From the NCBI GenBank assembly GCA_038245905.1, contig JBBRRY010000021.1:1-64000 (forward strand): a DNA stretch of 64,000 bases, written 5' to 3'. The notes below the pieces were generated by a model. It worked only from the letters and a program-made list of their open reading frames with translations. It searched no databases and had not been told where the DNA came from. Every line of letters begins with the position of its first letter. Within the stretch, counting starts at the first letter, position 1. The position numbers were made by a program, and so were the translations under genes. Below are positions 29,543 to 43,597 of this stretch, in pieces. This DNA is from Thermoanaerobaculia bacterium. Its GTDB lineage: Bacteria > Acidobacteriota > Thermoanaerobaculia > UBA5066.

Positions 29543-32496
29543 GAGCCGCCGCGTTCACCGCCGCCGCCCTCCTCGCCGCCGCACTCCCGGCTTCGCCGGC
29601 CGTCGACTCGGGCGCGATCTCGGGCCTCGGCGCCCGCAACATCGGCTCGGCTGCGATGAGCGGCCGCATTGCGGCGCTCGCGGGCCGTGTCGAGGACGAC
29701 GGAAAGGTCACGCTCTTCGTCGGCGCCGCCTCCGGCGGCGTCTGGAAGTCGCTCGACGGCGGGACGACGTTCAAGCCCGTCTTCGACAGGCAGCCCGTGC
29801 AGTCCATCGGCGCGATCGCGCTCGATCCCGCCGATCCGAAGGTCGTCTGGGTCGGCACCGGCGAGGGCTGGACACGCAACTCCGTGTCCGCCGGAAACGG
29901 GATCTACCGCTCCGGCGACGGCGGCGAGACGTGGACGCACATGGGTCTTCCGGAGTCCGAGCGCGTGGACCGTATTCTCGTGAACCCGAAGAACCACGAC
30001 GTCGTGTACGCGTGCGTGCCCGGCAAGCTCTGGTCGGACTCGGCGGACCGCGGCCTCTACAGGACGGCGGACGGCGGCAAGACCTGGTCGCTCGTCCTCA
30101 AGGGCGGCAACCTCTCGACCGGCTGTTCCGGCCTCGCGATGGACCCGCGCAACCCGGACCGCCTCTTCGCGGGGCTCTGGGACTTCCGGAGGAAAAGCTG
30201 GACGTTCCGCTCGGGGGGCGACGGTCCGACGGGCGTGTCGGGCTCGGGCCTCTTCCTCACGGAGGACGGCGGCGCGACGTGGAAGACGCTCGACGCGAAG
30301 TCGGCACCCGGCCTGCCCGACGGGCCGTGGGGCCGTCTCGACGTCGCGATCGCGCCCTCGAAGCCGGAGCGCGTGTACGCGGTGATCGAAGGCGTGAAGT
30401 CCGCGCTCTTCCGCTCCGACGACGGCGGGAAGACCTGGGCCCGCAAGGACGACAGCCAGCGGATGGTCTGGCGGCCGTTCTACTTCTCGCGCCTCGTCGT
30501 CGACCCGACGAATCCCGACCGCGTCTACAAGCCGAACCTGACGCTCATCGCGTCCGAAGACGGCGGCGAGAGCTTCGGGGACGTGGGCGGCGGCACGCAC
30601 GGCGACCACCACGACGTCTGGATCAACCCGAAGAATCCCAAGCACGTCGTCACCGGCGACGACGGCGGGCTCTGGATCTCCCACGACGGCGCGAACCGCT
30701 GGTGGAAGTGCAACAACCTGCCCGTCTCGCAGTTCTACCACGTGTCCGCGGACGAAAAGGACCCGTACCAGGTGTACGGAGGCCTGCAGGACAACAGCTC
30801 GTGGGCCGGCGACTCCGCGTATCCCGGCGGCATCACGAACAGCCGGTGGGAGAACCTCTTCGGTGGCGACGGCTTCTGGGTCTTCCCGGATCCTGCCGAC
30901 CCGAACTTCGTCTACGCCGAGGCTCAGGGCGGCTTCGTCGGCCGCGTCGACCGCCGGACGCTCTCCGCACGCGACATCCAGCCGAAGGCCGGCTTCAAGG
31001 AGAAGCTGCGCTTCAACTGGAACACGCCGATCCACGTCTCGCGCCTCGAGAAGGGGAAGCTGTACATCGGGGCCCAGTACCTCTTCGCCACGAAGGACGC
31101 CGGTCAGTCGTGGCAGCGGATCTCGCCGGACCTCACGACGAACGATCCCGAGAAGCAGAAGCAGGAGAAGTCGGGCGGCATCACGGTCGACAACTCGGCC
31201 GCCGAGATGCACACGACGATCTACTCGATCTCCGAGAGCCCGCGCGACGGCAAGACGCTCTGGGTGGGGACCGACGACGGCAACCTCCAGCTCACGAAGG
31301 ACGGCGGCGCGGCGTGGACGAACGTCGTGAAGAACGTGCCGGGCCTGCCGCCCGCGAGCTGGGTCTCGTGGGTCGAGGCCGGGCCGCACGCGGACGGCTC
31401 CGCGTACGCGGCCTTCGACCGCCATACGTTCGGCGACTTCGCGCCCTGGGTGTACGCGACGAAGGACTTCGGGACGACGTGGGAGCGGATCGTGGGGCCC
31501 GCCTCGGGAGTCCGCGGCTGGGCGTACGTGATCAAGGAAGACCCCGTGCGCCCGGGCCTCCTCTATCTCGGGACCGAGTTCGGCCTCTGGATCTCCCCCG
31601 ACGCCGGAAAGACGTGGGCCGAATTCAAGGGTGGCAACTTCCCGTCCGTCTCCGTGCGCGACCTCGCGTTCGCGGCGCGCGAGCAGGACCTCGTCGTCGC
31701 GACGCACGGGCGCGGAATCTGGATCGTCGACGACCTGACGCCGCTGCGCGCTCTCACCGATGACGTGCTCGCGAAGGACGTCGCGTTTCTCGCGGGGCGC
31801 CCCGTCGTACAGAAGCCGCGCGGTTCGGGCGGCTGGCCCGAAGGGGACGCCTCGTTCTACGGCCCGAACCCGCCGTCGGGCGCGGTCATTTCCTACTACC
31901 AGAAGACCCGGCACACGTTCGGCCGGATGAAGCTCGAGATCCTGGACGCGTCCGGCCGCGTCGTCGACACGCCGCCCGCCGGCAAGCGCAAGGGCATCAA
32001 CCGCGTCATGTGGTCGATGCAGGAGAAGCCGCCCCGCGTCCCGACGGCCGCGCAGGCGGCCGGTGCCGGCTCCGGGCCGCGCGTCCTGCCGGGGGCCTAC
32101 AGGGTGCGGCTCACGAAGGGCAAGGACGTCGTCGAGGCGCCGCTCGTCGTCTCGCTCGACCCGAAGGCGCCGTTCACGCCGGCGGACCGCAAGGCCCAGT
32201 ACGACGCCGCGATGAAGGCGCACGCGCTCTTCGGGCGCATGAGCGACGTCGTCGACCGGCTGAAAGGCTTCCGATCCACGGAGGCCGAGGCGATCCGCAA
32301 GGAAGTCGTCGCGACGTCCGAGGGCGGCGCGATCACGGGCGAAGAGCGCCTCCGCGAGCACCTCGCGTACGTCTACGACGCGATCCTCTCTTATGAAGGC
32401 CGGCCCGGCGACTACCAGATCGAGCGCGTGAGCGTCCTCGAGCGCGAGCTCGAGGACGTCGAGAAGCGCGCGGCCGCGCTCAGCCCCGGGCGGTGA
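29539..32496 (+). CDS. VPS10/BNR-repeat beta-propeller protein (glycosyl hydrolase-like), secreted
   Basis: Many S/TxDGGxTW Asp-box repeats, GGLQDN, RFNWNTP, ATHGRG; ATGA overlap. Confidence 0.88.
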   Translation: MRAAAFTAAALLAAALPASPAVDSGAISGLGARNIGSAAMSGRIAALAGRVEDDGKVTLFVGAASGGVWKSLDGGTTFKPVFDRQPVQSIGAIALDPADPKVVWVGTGEGWTRNSVSAGNGIYRSGDGGETWTHMGLPESERVDRILVNPKNHDVVYACVPGKLWSDSADRGLYRTADGGKTWSLVLKGGNLSTGCSGLAMDPRNPDRLFAGLWDFRRKSWTFRSGGDGPTGVSGSGLFLTEDGGATWKTLDAKSAPGLPDGPWGRLDVAIAPSKPERVYAVIEGVKSALFRSDDGGKTWARKDDSQRMVWRPFYFSRLVVDPTNPDRVYKPNLTLIASEDGGESFGDVGGGTHGDHHDVWINPKNPKHVVTGDDGGLWISHDGANRWWKCNNLPVSQFYHVSADEKDPYQVYGGLQDNSSWAGDSAYPGGITNSRWENLFGGDGFWVFPDPADPNFVYAEAQGGFVGRVDRRTLSARDIQPKAGFKEKLRFNWNTPIHVSRLEKGKLYIGAQYLFATKDAGQSWQRISPDLTTNDPEKQKQEKSGGITVDNSAAEMHTTIYSISESPRDGKTLWVGTDDGNLQLTKDGGAAWTNVVKNVPGLPPASWVSWVEAGPHADGSAYAAFDRHTFGDFAPWVYATKDFGTTWERIVGPASGVRGWAYVIKEDPVRPGLLYLGTEFGLWISPDAGKTWAEFKGGNFPSVSVRDLAFAAREQDLVVATHGRGIWIVDDLTPLRALTDDVLAKDVAFLAGRPVVQKPRGSGGWPEGDASFYGPNPPSGAVISYYQKTRHTFGRMKLEILDASGRVVDTPPAGKRKGINRVMWSMQEKPPRVPTAAQAAGAGSGPRVLPGAYRVRLTKGKDVVEAPLVVSLDPKAPFTPADRKAQYDAAMKAHALFGRMSDVVDRLKGFRSTEAEAIRKEVVATSEGGAITGEERLREHLAYVYDAILSYEGRPGDYQIERVSVLERELEDVEKRAAALSPGR

Positions 32497-33166
32497 GGAA
32501 GGCGTGAACTTCGTCCGTCGAAGCCGACGGCACGCGATGGCCGCCGTCGTAAAGGCTGTGCGCGGCGGTCCGAAAGCGCGAGTCGAGGATTTCACGGTAG
32601 GGCGCGATGCGGGAGGCCGGGTAGTACGGGTCGTGATTCGTCGAGACGTGGAGGACGTCCGTCGCGCCCGAGGCGGCGGTCGGCCCGCCCGGGCCCGCCC
32701 ACTCACCGGGCACGCCGCCGCAGAATGCGAGGACGCCCGCGAAGGGCTGCCCGGCCGGAGGCGTCGCCGCGAGACGGTAGTTGAACGAGCAGGGTTGGCT
32801 GAAGCCCGCGAGGACCGTGCGGCCGCAGTCGCCGCCGTTCGCGGCGGCCCAGGCGAGCGCCGCGACGACGGCGCGCCTGTGGACGAGCCGGTTGTCCTCG
32901 GCGTTCGGCGAGACGCCCCAGTGGAAGCCGCGTTCCTGCCCGGCATCGTCCACGCCCTTCACGAGGGTCGAGTGCGGCCCCTGGAGCGAGACGACGAGGA
33001 ACGACGGCGGCGCGACCTTGACGAGGACCGCGAGGAGCGATTCGGCATCCATGCCGTAGCCGTGCAACCCGAGGAGGACGGGCGCGGGCGCGCTCCTCTC
33101 CGGCGTCCTCGCGAGGAGGCGCAGCGGAACCTCAACTGACAGGAACGCCTCGACTTCGCTCGCCAC
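32480..33166 (-). CDS. Phospholipase/carboxylesterase-type alpha/beta hydrolase
   Basis: LHGYG, GFSQP, D..GGH; GGAGG SD. Confidence 0.75.
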   Translation of the reverse strand: MASEVEAFLSVEVPLRLLARTPERSAPAPVLLGLHGYGMDAESLLAVLVKVAPPSFLVVSLQGPHSTLVKGVDDAGQERGFHWGVSPNAEDNRLVHRRAVVAALAWAAANGGDCGRTVLAGFSQPCSFNYRLAATPPAGQPFAGVLAFCGGVPGEWAGPGGPTAASGATDVLHVSTNHDPYYPASRIAPYREILDSRFRTAAHSLYDGGHRVPSASTDEVHAFLTARG

Positions 33167-33227
33167 CGGGCCTCCTCCGGGAACTCCCGGCCCCCGTTTC
33201 CGTATCTAAGGGCGTGGAGATGTTGGC

Positions 33228-34232
33228 ATGACCGCCGCGATCGAGGTCCGGGGCCTCCAGAAGACCTACCGCGATGGGCTGGGCGGCCGTGAGGTTCGTG
33301 CCCTCGCCGGCATCGACTTCTCCGTCGAGCCCGGCGAGCTGTTCGGTCTCCTCGGCCCGAACGGGGCGGGGAAGACGACGTGCGTGAAGATTCTCCTCGG
33401 CCTCACGCACGCGACTTCGGGCGAGGCGTCGCTTCTCGGGCTGCGTTCGAGCGACCCTGAGAGCCGCCGGCGCGTCGGCTACCTGCCGGAGGGCCACCGG
33501 TTCCCCGGTTACCTCACGGCCCGCCAGACGCTGTCCATCTTCGGACGGATGTCGGGCGTGGCTCCGGCGGAGTTGAAATCGCGCATTCCGGCGCTTCTTG
33601 AGAGCGTGAGACTCTCCGAGTGGGTCGACGTGAAGGTGAAGAAGTTTTCGAAGGGGATGACGCAGCGCCTCGGCCTCGCCGCAGCGCTCGTCCACGAGCC
33701 AGAGGTCCTCCTCCTCGACGAGCCGACGGACGGCGTCGACCCGGTGGGGCGCCGCGAGATCCGCGACCTCCTGAAGGCCGAGGCCGCGAAGGGGCGCGCG
33801 ATCCTCCTGAACTCGCACCTCCTCTCCGAGATCGAGCTCACGTGCGACCGCGTTGCGGTGTTACGCAAGGGCAAGGTCGCGGCGATGGGGACGGTGGAAG
33901 AGTTGACGAAGAGAGAAGAGAAGAAAGAAGCTTTGAAGGTCTACAAGCTCGTTGCGTCGGGCATTGACGATGCGGTCCTTGCGGCGTTTCGAGCGACGGG
34001 CGCAGGGGCGGAGTGTGTCAACGGGCACTTCCGTCTCGAGGCGCGCGACGCGCAGCACCTGAACGCACTCATCGATTCCGCCCGCGCCCGCGGCGCGCTG
34101 CTGACCGAACTGACTCCCGAAAAGAGCACTCTCGAAGACGTGTTCGTGGATCTCGTCAAGGCGAACCCCGACGCTGTGGCGCCCTCTTCACCTTCTAAGG
34201 AATCCGAATCCGAATCCACCGACACCGTCTGA
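33228..34232 (+). CDS. ABC-2 type transporter ATP-binding protein
   Basis: GPNGAGKT, FSKGM, LLLDEP, SH. Confidence 0.93.
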   Translation: MTAAIEVRGLQKTYRDGLGGREVRALAGIDFSVEPGELFGLLGPNGAGKTTCVKILLGLTHATSGEASLLGLRSSDPESRRRVGYLPEGHRFPGYLTARQTLSIFGRMSGVAPAELKSRIPALLESVRLSEWVDVKVKKFSKGMTQRLGLAAALVHEPEVLLLDEPTDGVDPVGRREIRDLLKAEAAKGRAILLNSHLLSEIELTCDRVAVLRKGKVAAMGTVEELTKREEKKEALKVYKLVASGIDDAVLAAFRATGAGAECVNGHFRLEARDAQHLNALIDSARARGALLTELTPEKSTLEDVFVDLVKANPDAVAPSSPSKESESESTDTV

Positions 34233-34244
34233 GCAGAAGGCAAC

Positions 34245-35099
34245 ATGAGAGCACTTGCGGCGAACATCGAAGAAGTCTTCCGCGAAGCGGCCGCGCGCTG
34301 GACTCTCCTCGCGTACTTCGCGCTCTCGTCGCTCTTCGTCCTCCTCTTCGCGCTCGCCGTCAACCTCGATGTCGTGAACGGCGCGCTCGCGGGCGCGAAA
34401 ATCTTCGGCCAGAACGTCAGCATGGGCCGGCAGAGCGTGGACCTCGACAAGCTCGTCCTCGGCTTCGAGTCGGGCTTCGCCGGCTTCCTCTACGTCGTCG
34501 GGACGTTTCTCGCGATCTTCGCGTCCGCTCACCTCGTGCCCCGCCTGATGGAGAAGGGAACGGTCGACCTCTACCTCTCGCGCCCCGTGGGCCGCGTGCC
34601 GCTTCTCCTCTCGCGCTATCTCGGTGGGCTGCTGCTCTCCGCCTCGAACGTCCTCTATCTCCTCGGCGCCATGTGGCTTCTCGTCATCTGGAAGACGCAC
34701 CTTGTCCATCCGCGCTTTTTCTTCGCGGCCGGGATCATCCTGTTCGGGATCGCCGCGCTCATGGCCTTCGCGTTCCTCGTCGGGACGCTGACGTCCTCGA
34801 CGGCTGTCTCGATCATGGCCACGTTTGCGATCTTCTTCATCTCGGCGATTCTTTCCAACCACGACCGCATTGGCGCCGCGATGTCCGCCGAATGGGCCGC
34901 CCAGCTCGTCCACGGCCTTTACTGGATCTTCCCCAAGACCGCGCAGCTCGGGGCCGCGGTCGTCGCCCTGGTGATGGGCGACGAAGGCCCGCGGCGGATG
35001 CGCGAATCCCTCACCCTGCAGCCCTTCCTCACGACGGGCCTCTTCGGCGCCGTCTGTCTCTCGCTCGCGTGCCTAAGGTTTCGGAGAAAGGACTTCTGA
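34245..35099 (+). CDS. ABC-2 type transporter permease
   Basis: Six TMs, EKGTVDLYLSRPV, FRRKDF terminus. Confidence 0.88.
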   Translation: MRALAANIEEVFREAAARWTLLAYFALSSLFVLLFALAVNLDVVNGALAGAKIFGQNVSMGRQSVDLDKLVLGFESGFAGFLYVVGTFLAIFASAHLVPRLMEKGTVDLYLSRPVGRVPLLLSRYLGGLLLSASNVLYLLGAMWLLVIWKTHLVHPRFFFAAGIILFGIAALMAFAFLVGTLTSSTAVSIMATFAIFFISAILSNHDRIGAAMSAEWAAQLVHGLYWIFPKTAQLGAAVVALVMGDEGPRRMRESLTLQPFLTTGLFGAVCLSLACLRFRRKDF

Positions 35100-35101
35100 C
35101 C

Positions 35102-36130
35102 ATGAAGCGATTCGCCGTTCTCTCGTCCGCCGCCGTCCTCGTCCTCGCGACCGCCATCGCGTTGCCCATTGCCGCACGCGGCGGCGACGATGCCCTCGCT
35201 CTGGTTCCGGCCGACGCGTCCTCCGTCGGCATGATCCATGTCGCGGACCTTCGCTCGAGCCCGCTCGCGGCGCGCGTCTTCTCCGACACGGACAAGCTCA
35301 CCGTGGACGGCGACGCGGCGCACTTTCTCTCCGAGGCGCGCCTGAACCCGAAGGAAGACGTCGACACGGTCGTCGCGGCCGGATCGCCGAAGGGCACCGG
35401 CGGAAGCGGCGGCTGGGGTCTCGTCCTCTTCGAGGGCCGGTTCGACCCGGCCGCGCTCTCCGCCGCGATCGCGGCGCGCGGCGCGACCCGCAAGTCCACG
35501 CCCGCAGGCGACTACTTCCTCCTTCCGGACAAGAGCACGGACGCCTCGCATCACGGGCAGGGCGCGATCGCCTTCGCGAGCAACCACCTCGTGATCGCGG
35601 GCAACGAGCCCTCGGTCGTCGCGGCCCTCGCGCAGCGCGCCTCCGGCGGCACCGCCTTCCGCTCGGGTGCGGGCCTCGGCCGCCACCTCGGCCGCATCGA
35701 CTCCGGCGCTTCCGCGTGGGCGCTCGTGGACGTCTCGCGCCTCCCGCAACGGGACGCGGCCGTCCGCCACGCGGAGGTGCATGCGCAGTCGCACGAAAAC
35801 GGCGCAGACGCTGCCACGGCCCTGTTGTCGTCCATGAAGTCCGTCTCTCTCCTCGCACTTCAGGCGACCGCGAAGGGCGACGCTCTCAAGCTCAACGCGA
35901 CGGGCCTCGTCAGCGACGACGAGACGGCCGGCCTCATGGAAGACGCGCTCCGCGGCGTCCTCGCCGCCTGGCGCCTCGCGGCGCAGGAGAAGTCGCCGGA
36001 GACCGTGTCCGTCCTCCGCAAATTCACGGTGTCGCGCGACAAGTCGAGCGTCTCGATCGGGGGAACGCTCCCCGGCGCTACCGTCCGCGCACTGGCCGAG
36101 AAGAAGCACGCCGAGAAGCACGTCAACTGA
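35102..36130 (+). CDS. Hypothetical exported protein
   Basis: Signal peptide; LALVPADA pattern; starts 2 nt after the permease stop. Confidence 0.75.
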   Translation: MKRFAVLSSAAVLVLATAIALPIAARGGDDALALVPADASSVGMIHVADLRSSPLAARVFSDTDKLTVDGDAAHFLSEARLNPKEDVDTVVAAGSPKGTGGSGGWGLVLFEGRFDPAALSAAIAARGATRKSTPAGDYFLLPDKSTDASHHGQGAIAFASNHLVIAGNEPSVVAALAQRASGGTAFRSGAGLGRHLGRIDSGASAWALVDVSRLPQRDAAVRHAEVHAQSHENGADAATALLSSMKSVSLLALQATAKGDALKLNATGLVSDDETAGLMEDALRGVLAAWRLAAQEKSPETVSVLRKFTVSRDKSSVSIGGTLPGATVRALAEKKHAEKHVN

Positions 36131-36146
36131 CCGTCAACCGCGCGAA

Positions 36147-36186
36147 GGCTGAGGCGGGCCGGCGGCGCGGCCCGTTCGCCTTAGCC
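36147..36186 (+). terminator. GC-rich hairpin after the ABC operon (no U tract)
   Basis: GGCTGAGGCG..CGCCTTAGCC outer stem with inner GGCCG/CGGCC. Confidence 0.35.
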
Positions 36187-36268
36187 CAGAGCGCGAGGTA
36201 CACGAGCAACGACGAGGCGCGGCGGTGTCTGGGGAAACGACGCCGACTTCTGATGGTAATCTCGCCCC

Positions 36269-36514
36269 ATGAAAGCTGCCATTGACGCTGCGGGCCGCGT
36301 CCTCATCCCGAAGGACTTGCGCGAGCGCCTCGGAATCGGGCGTCGGGGAGTCGTCCAGATCCGGGAGCGCGACGGGCGAATCGAGATCGAGCCGGCGGCG
36401 ACACCCATGTCCCTCGTGCGCCGGGCCGGGGGCCGGGTCGCCGTGCCGGAGGAGAAGCTCCCACCGCTGACGGACGAGATCGTGCGGGAGACGCTCGAGC
36501 GGACGAGAAGGTGA
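36269..36514 (+). CDS. AbrB/MazE-type antitoxin (VapB)
   Basis: IDAAGRVLIPKDLRERLGI. Confidence 0.88.
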   Translation: MKAAIDAAGRVLIPKDLRERLGIGRRGVVQIRERDGRIEIEPAATPMSLVRRAGGRVAVPEEKLPPLTDEIVRETLERTRR

Positions 36515-36915
36515 TCGCGGTCGACACGAGCGTCGTGGTCGCGGCCTTTGCGTCGTGGCACGAAGGGAATCCATCCGCTGCGGCGGTCCTCGCGCGGAGG
36601 CCGAGAGTTCCGGCGCACGTCCTGATCGAGTCGTATTCGGTTCTCACGCGGCTGCCGCCCCCCCACCGCGCTCCCGCCGGTCTGGTCGCGACCTTTCTGA
36701 GCGAGAGATTCACGGAGGCTCCGCTCGCTCTGCCGCCGCGCGAGCATCAGCACCTGATTCGGCAGGCGGCGGCGGAAGGGATCTCCGGCGGCGCCATTCA
36801 CGATGCGCTCATCGCCGCGACGGTCCTCAGGGCGCGGGCCCGGTTGGTGACGCGGGACCGGCGGGCGGCCGTGACTTACGAGCGTTTCGGCATCGAGTAC
36901 GAGATTCTGGCCTGA
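36511..36915 (+). CDS. VapC/PIN domain toxin
   Basis: VDTSV, ESYSVLTR, HDALIAA, LVTRD; GTGA overlap. Confidence 0.9.
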   Translation: MIAVDTSVVVAAFASWHEGNPSAAAVLARRPRVPAHVLIESYSVLTRLPPPHRAPAGLVATFLSERFTEAPLALPPREHQHLIRQAAAEGISGGAIHDALIAATVLRARARLVTRDRRAAVTYERFGIEYEILA

Positions 36916-36967
36916 GTCCCGGCGCACTGAGCCGCTATTTCATCCATCGCGCGCTCGAGGCGCACGC

Positions 36968-38374
36968 TCAAACCGGCGGCCTCTTCCGATGCCACTCAGT
37001 CCGCGCCTGGACCTGCGACCCGAGAGCCACGAGCGCTTCGTCCGAGAAGGCGCGGCCCGTGAACTGGAACGCGGTGGGAAGGTTGTTCTCGCCGAAGCCG
37101 TTCGGGACGACGAGCGCGGGCTGGCCGGCGAGGTTGCCGGCCGCAATGACGCCCGGCCCGCCGCTGATCCCCGGATAGACCTTGTCGAAGTCAGGCCCGA
37201 TCGGGTAGGAGACGGTCGCGCGCGCGGGCGAGACGAGCGCGTCGTACTTCGCGTAAAGCGCGTCGAGCGCCTTCTTCATCGGTGTGCGAAGGCGCATCGC
37301 CTGGATGTAGTCCACGGCGAACACCATCGAGGCCGCATAGCCGCCCCAGCGGTCGTTCGGGACCCTCAGCTCTCTCGCGCGGCCGCTCTCGACGAGGTCG
37401 CGGAACGCGCTCGCGCCCTCGGCCGCGACGATCGTCCCGACGGCGGGCCCGTACGGAAAGTCCGGGAACTCGACGTCCGGGACGACGTCGCAGAACGACC
37501 CGAGGACATTCAGCGACTCCTCGAAGTTCTTCCGGACCTCGGGCTGGACCTTCTCGGTCGTGCCCTTGATGACGCCGATCCGGGGGCGGCGCGGTTTCGC
37601 GCTCGCGGGCGCCGGGCGGAAGGCCCTGTTCAGCGAGGTCGCGTCGAGCGGGTCCTTGCCCGCGATCGCGGCCATGACGAGGCCGCAGTCTTCGGCGGTA
37701 CGGCACATCGGGCCGAGCTTGTCGAGCGTCCAGCAGAGCGCCATTGCGCCGTGCCGGCTCACGCGCCCATACGTGGGCCTGAGACCCGTGACGCCCGAGA
37801 AGGCCGCCGGCGTCACGATCGAGCCCGACGTCTCCGAGCCGATCGAGAACGCGACGAGGCCGGCAGCCGTCGCGGCACCCGGGCCCGACGACGAGCCGCC
37901 CGACCAGAAGTTCGTGTTCCAGGGCGTCCGGCCGGGTCCGGTGAAGGAGGCGTCCGCATTGTTGTAGCCGAACCCGCCCGCGAGCTCGACCATTGCGAGC
38001 TTCCCGGCGAGGACGGCCCCGGCCTCGCGGAGCCTCGCGACGACCGTCGCGTCGTAGTCGAAGACCTGATCGCGGAAGGGCTGCGCGCCCCACGTCGTCG
38101 GAATCGCCTTCGTCGCGAGGAGATCCTTGGCGCCGTAAGGGATGCCGTGGAGAGGCCCGCGCCACTTGTCTGCCAGGATCTCGGCCTCAGCCGCCCTGGC
38201 TTCCTGGAGCGCCCGTTCGCGCGTCACCGTCACGACGGCGCCGAGCTTTGGTCCGATCCGTTCGAGCCGCTCGAGGTACCCCTCCGCGAGTGCGACGGGG
38301 GAGAGTCTCTTCGCCCTGATCCTCGCGGACAAATCCCTGACGGAGAGGAAGAAGACCGATTCGTCGAGAGCCAT
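36968..38374 (-). CDS. Amidase-signature family enzyme (GatA/AtzE-like)
   Basis: GPLHGIPYGAKD, GGSSSG, IGSETSGSI, GLRPTYGRVSR; TGATG overlap. Confidence 0.9.
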   Translation of the reverse strand: MALDESVFFLSVRDLSARIRAKRLSPVALAEGYLERLERIGPKLGAVVTVTRERALQEARAAEAEILADKWRGPLHGIPYGAKDLLATKAIPTTWGAQPFRDQVFDYDATVVARLREAGAVLAGKLAMVELAGGFGYNNADASFTGPGRTPWNTNFWSGGSSSGPGAATAAGLVAFSIGSETSGSIVTPAAFSGVTGLRPTYGRVSRHGAMALCWTLDKLGPMCRTAEDCGLVMAAIAGKDPLDATSLNRAFRPAPASAKPRRPRIGVIKGTTEKVQPEVRKNFEESLNVLGSFCDVVPDVEFPDFPYGPAVGTIVAAEGASAFRDLVESGRARELRVPNDRWGGYAASMVFAVDYIQAMRLRTPMKKALDALYAKYDALVSPARATVSYPIGPDFDKVYPGISGGPGVIAAGNLAGQPALVVPNGFGENNLPTAFQFTGRAFSDEALVALGSQVQARTEWHRKRPPV

Positions 38375-38757
38375 CAGCGGCCTCCCGCGTTCTCGGCTGT
38401 TTCCGCGGAGAAGACGACGTCCGGTTCGTCGGCGTTCGCGAGATTGACCTTCTTCATGGCCTCGGCGCCCCTGAGGCGCTGGTCGAGACTTTTCGCAATG
38501 TCGCCGAGCTGCTCGCCCGAGAGGTTCTTCCCCCAGCGAATGCGAACGATCTCGGTGAGAGCCTCGGCGACAGAGGACGGCGCCGCCTCGGGCGTGGGGA
38601 CCGGGCTGGGAACGGCCGTGGGGGCAGCAGACGGCGTCGGCGCCGTCTGCCCGAGGGCGATGCCGGCCCCCGCGAGAGCGGGCGCGGCCGCCGCGAGCGC
38701 GAGACTTTTCGCGAATCCGCGTCGCGAGGGCGAGGGGGGCCGGATCGAATCGGACAT
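38374..38757 (-). CDS. Small Tat-signal protein, putative amidase partner (GatC/AtzG-like)
   Basis: SRRGFAK, Pro/Ala linker, C-terminal LANADEPDVVF; GGAGG SD. Confidence 0.75.
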   Translation of the reverse strand: MSDSIRPPSPSRRGFAKSLALAAAAPALAGAGIALGQTAPTPSAAPTAVPSPVPTPEAAPSSVAEALTEIVRIRWGKNLSGEQLGDIAKSLDQRLRGAEAMKKVNLANADEPDVVFSAETAENAGGR

Positions 38758-38798
38758 TTATCGCCTCCGTCAAAGATTTGGAGCGTATTCAATCTATC

Positions 38799-38827
38799 TT
38801 GATTCGAAGGGACGCGCTCCCCATACT
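38799..38827 (+). promoter_or_regulatory. Sigma70-type promoter for the gltB leader
   Basis: TTGATT, 17 nt spacer, CATACT, 9 nt before the leader ATG. Confidence 0.6.
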
Positions 38828-38836
38828 TCCGCCGCG

Positions 38837-38956
38837 ATGATGACTTCCTTGGCGACGGCCACCCGGACCCTCGAGACCTCGACTCGGTCGGGCCGGGGCG
38901 TCTCGGGCCTCGTCCTTATTAAGCGGTCCACGGTGGAGAGCGGGCGAGGGGACTAG
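38837..38956 (+). CDS. Putative attenuator leader peptide, 39 aa (MMTSLATATRTLETSTRSGRGVSGLVLIKRSTVESGRGD)
   Basis: Short ORF between promoter and terminator; CTC GTC CTT ATT codons coincide with the anti-antiterminator strand. Confidence 0.75.
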   Translation: MMTSLATATRTLETSTRSGRGVSGLVLIKRSTVESGRGD

Positions 38957-38979
38957 GCAGAAAGCCAAATGGAACCCCC

Positions 38980-39017
38980 AAAGCCCGCTCCCACGAGGGA
39001 GCGGGCTTTTTCATTTT
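38980..39017 (+). terminator. Intrinsic terminator (attenuator) upstream of gltB
   Basis: GCCCGCTCCC-ACGA-GGGAGCGGGC 10-bp stem followed by TTTTTCATTTT. Confidence 0.9.
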
Positions 39018-39050
39018 GTGAATCCTACGTTTGAGGAGAAGGGGAAGGGC

Positions 39051-43577
<4,527 letters not shown>

Positions 43578-43597
43578 AGCCCGGGTTCAGCAACCTC

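Noticed and set aside
29539-32496. Recurring GACGGCGG..ACGTGG motifs as a CRISPR or DNA repeat array
   Set aside because: They encode Asp-box protein repeats; irregular spacing and degenerate at codon third positions.
36187-36967. VapBC locus as a mobile element
   Set aside because: No transposase, integrase, terminal repeats or target duplication seen.
39018-39050. GTG 39018 as the gltB start
   Set aside because: Abuts the terminator U tract with no SD; ATG 39051 follows a purine-rich SD-like stretch.
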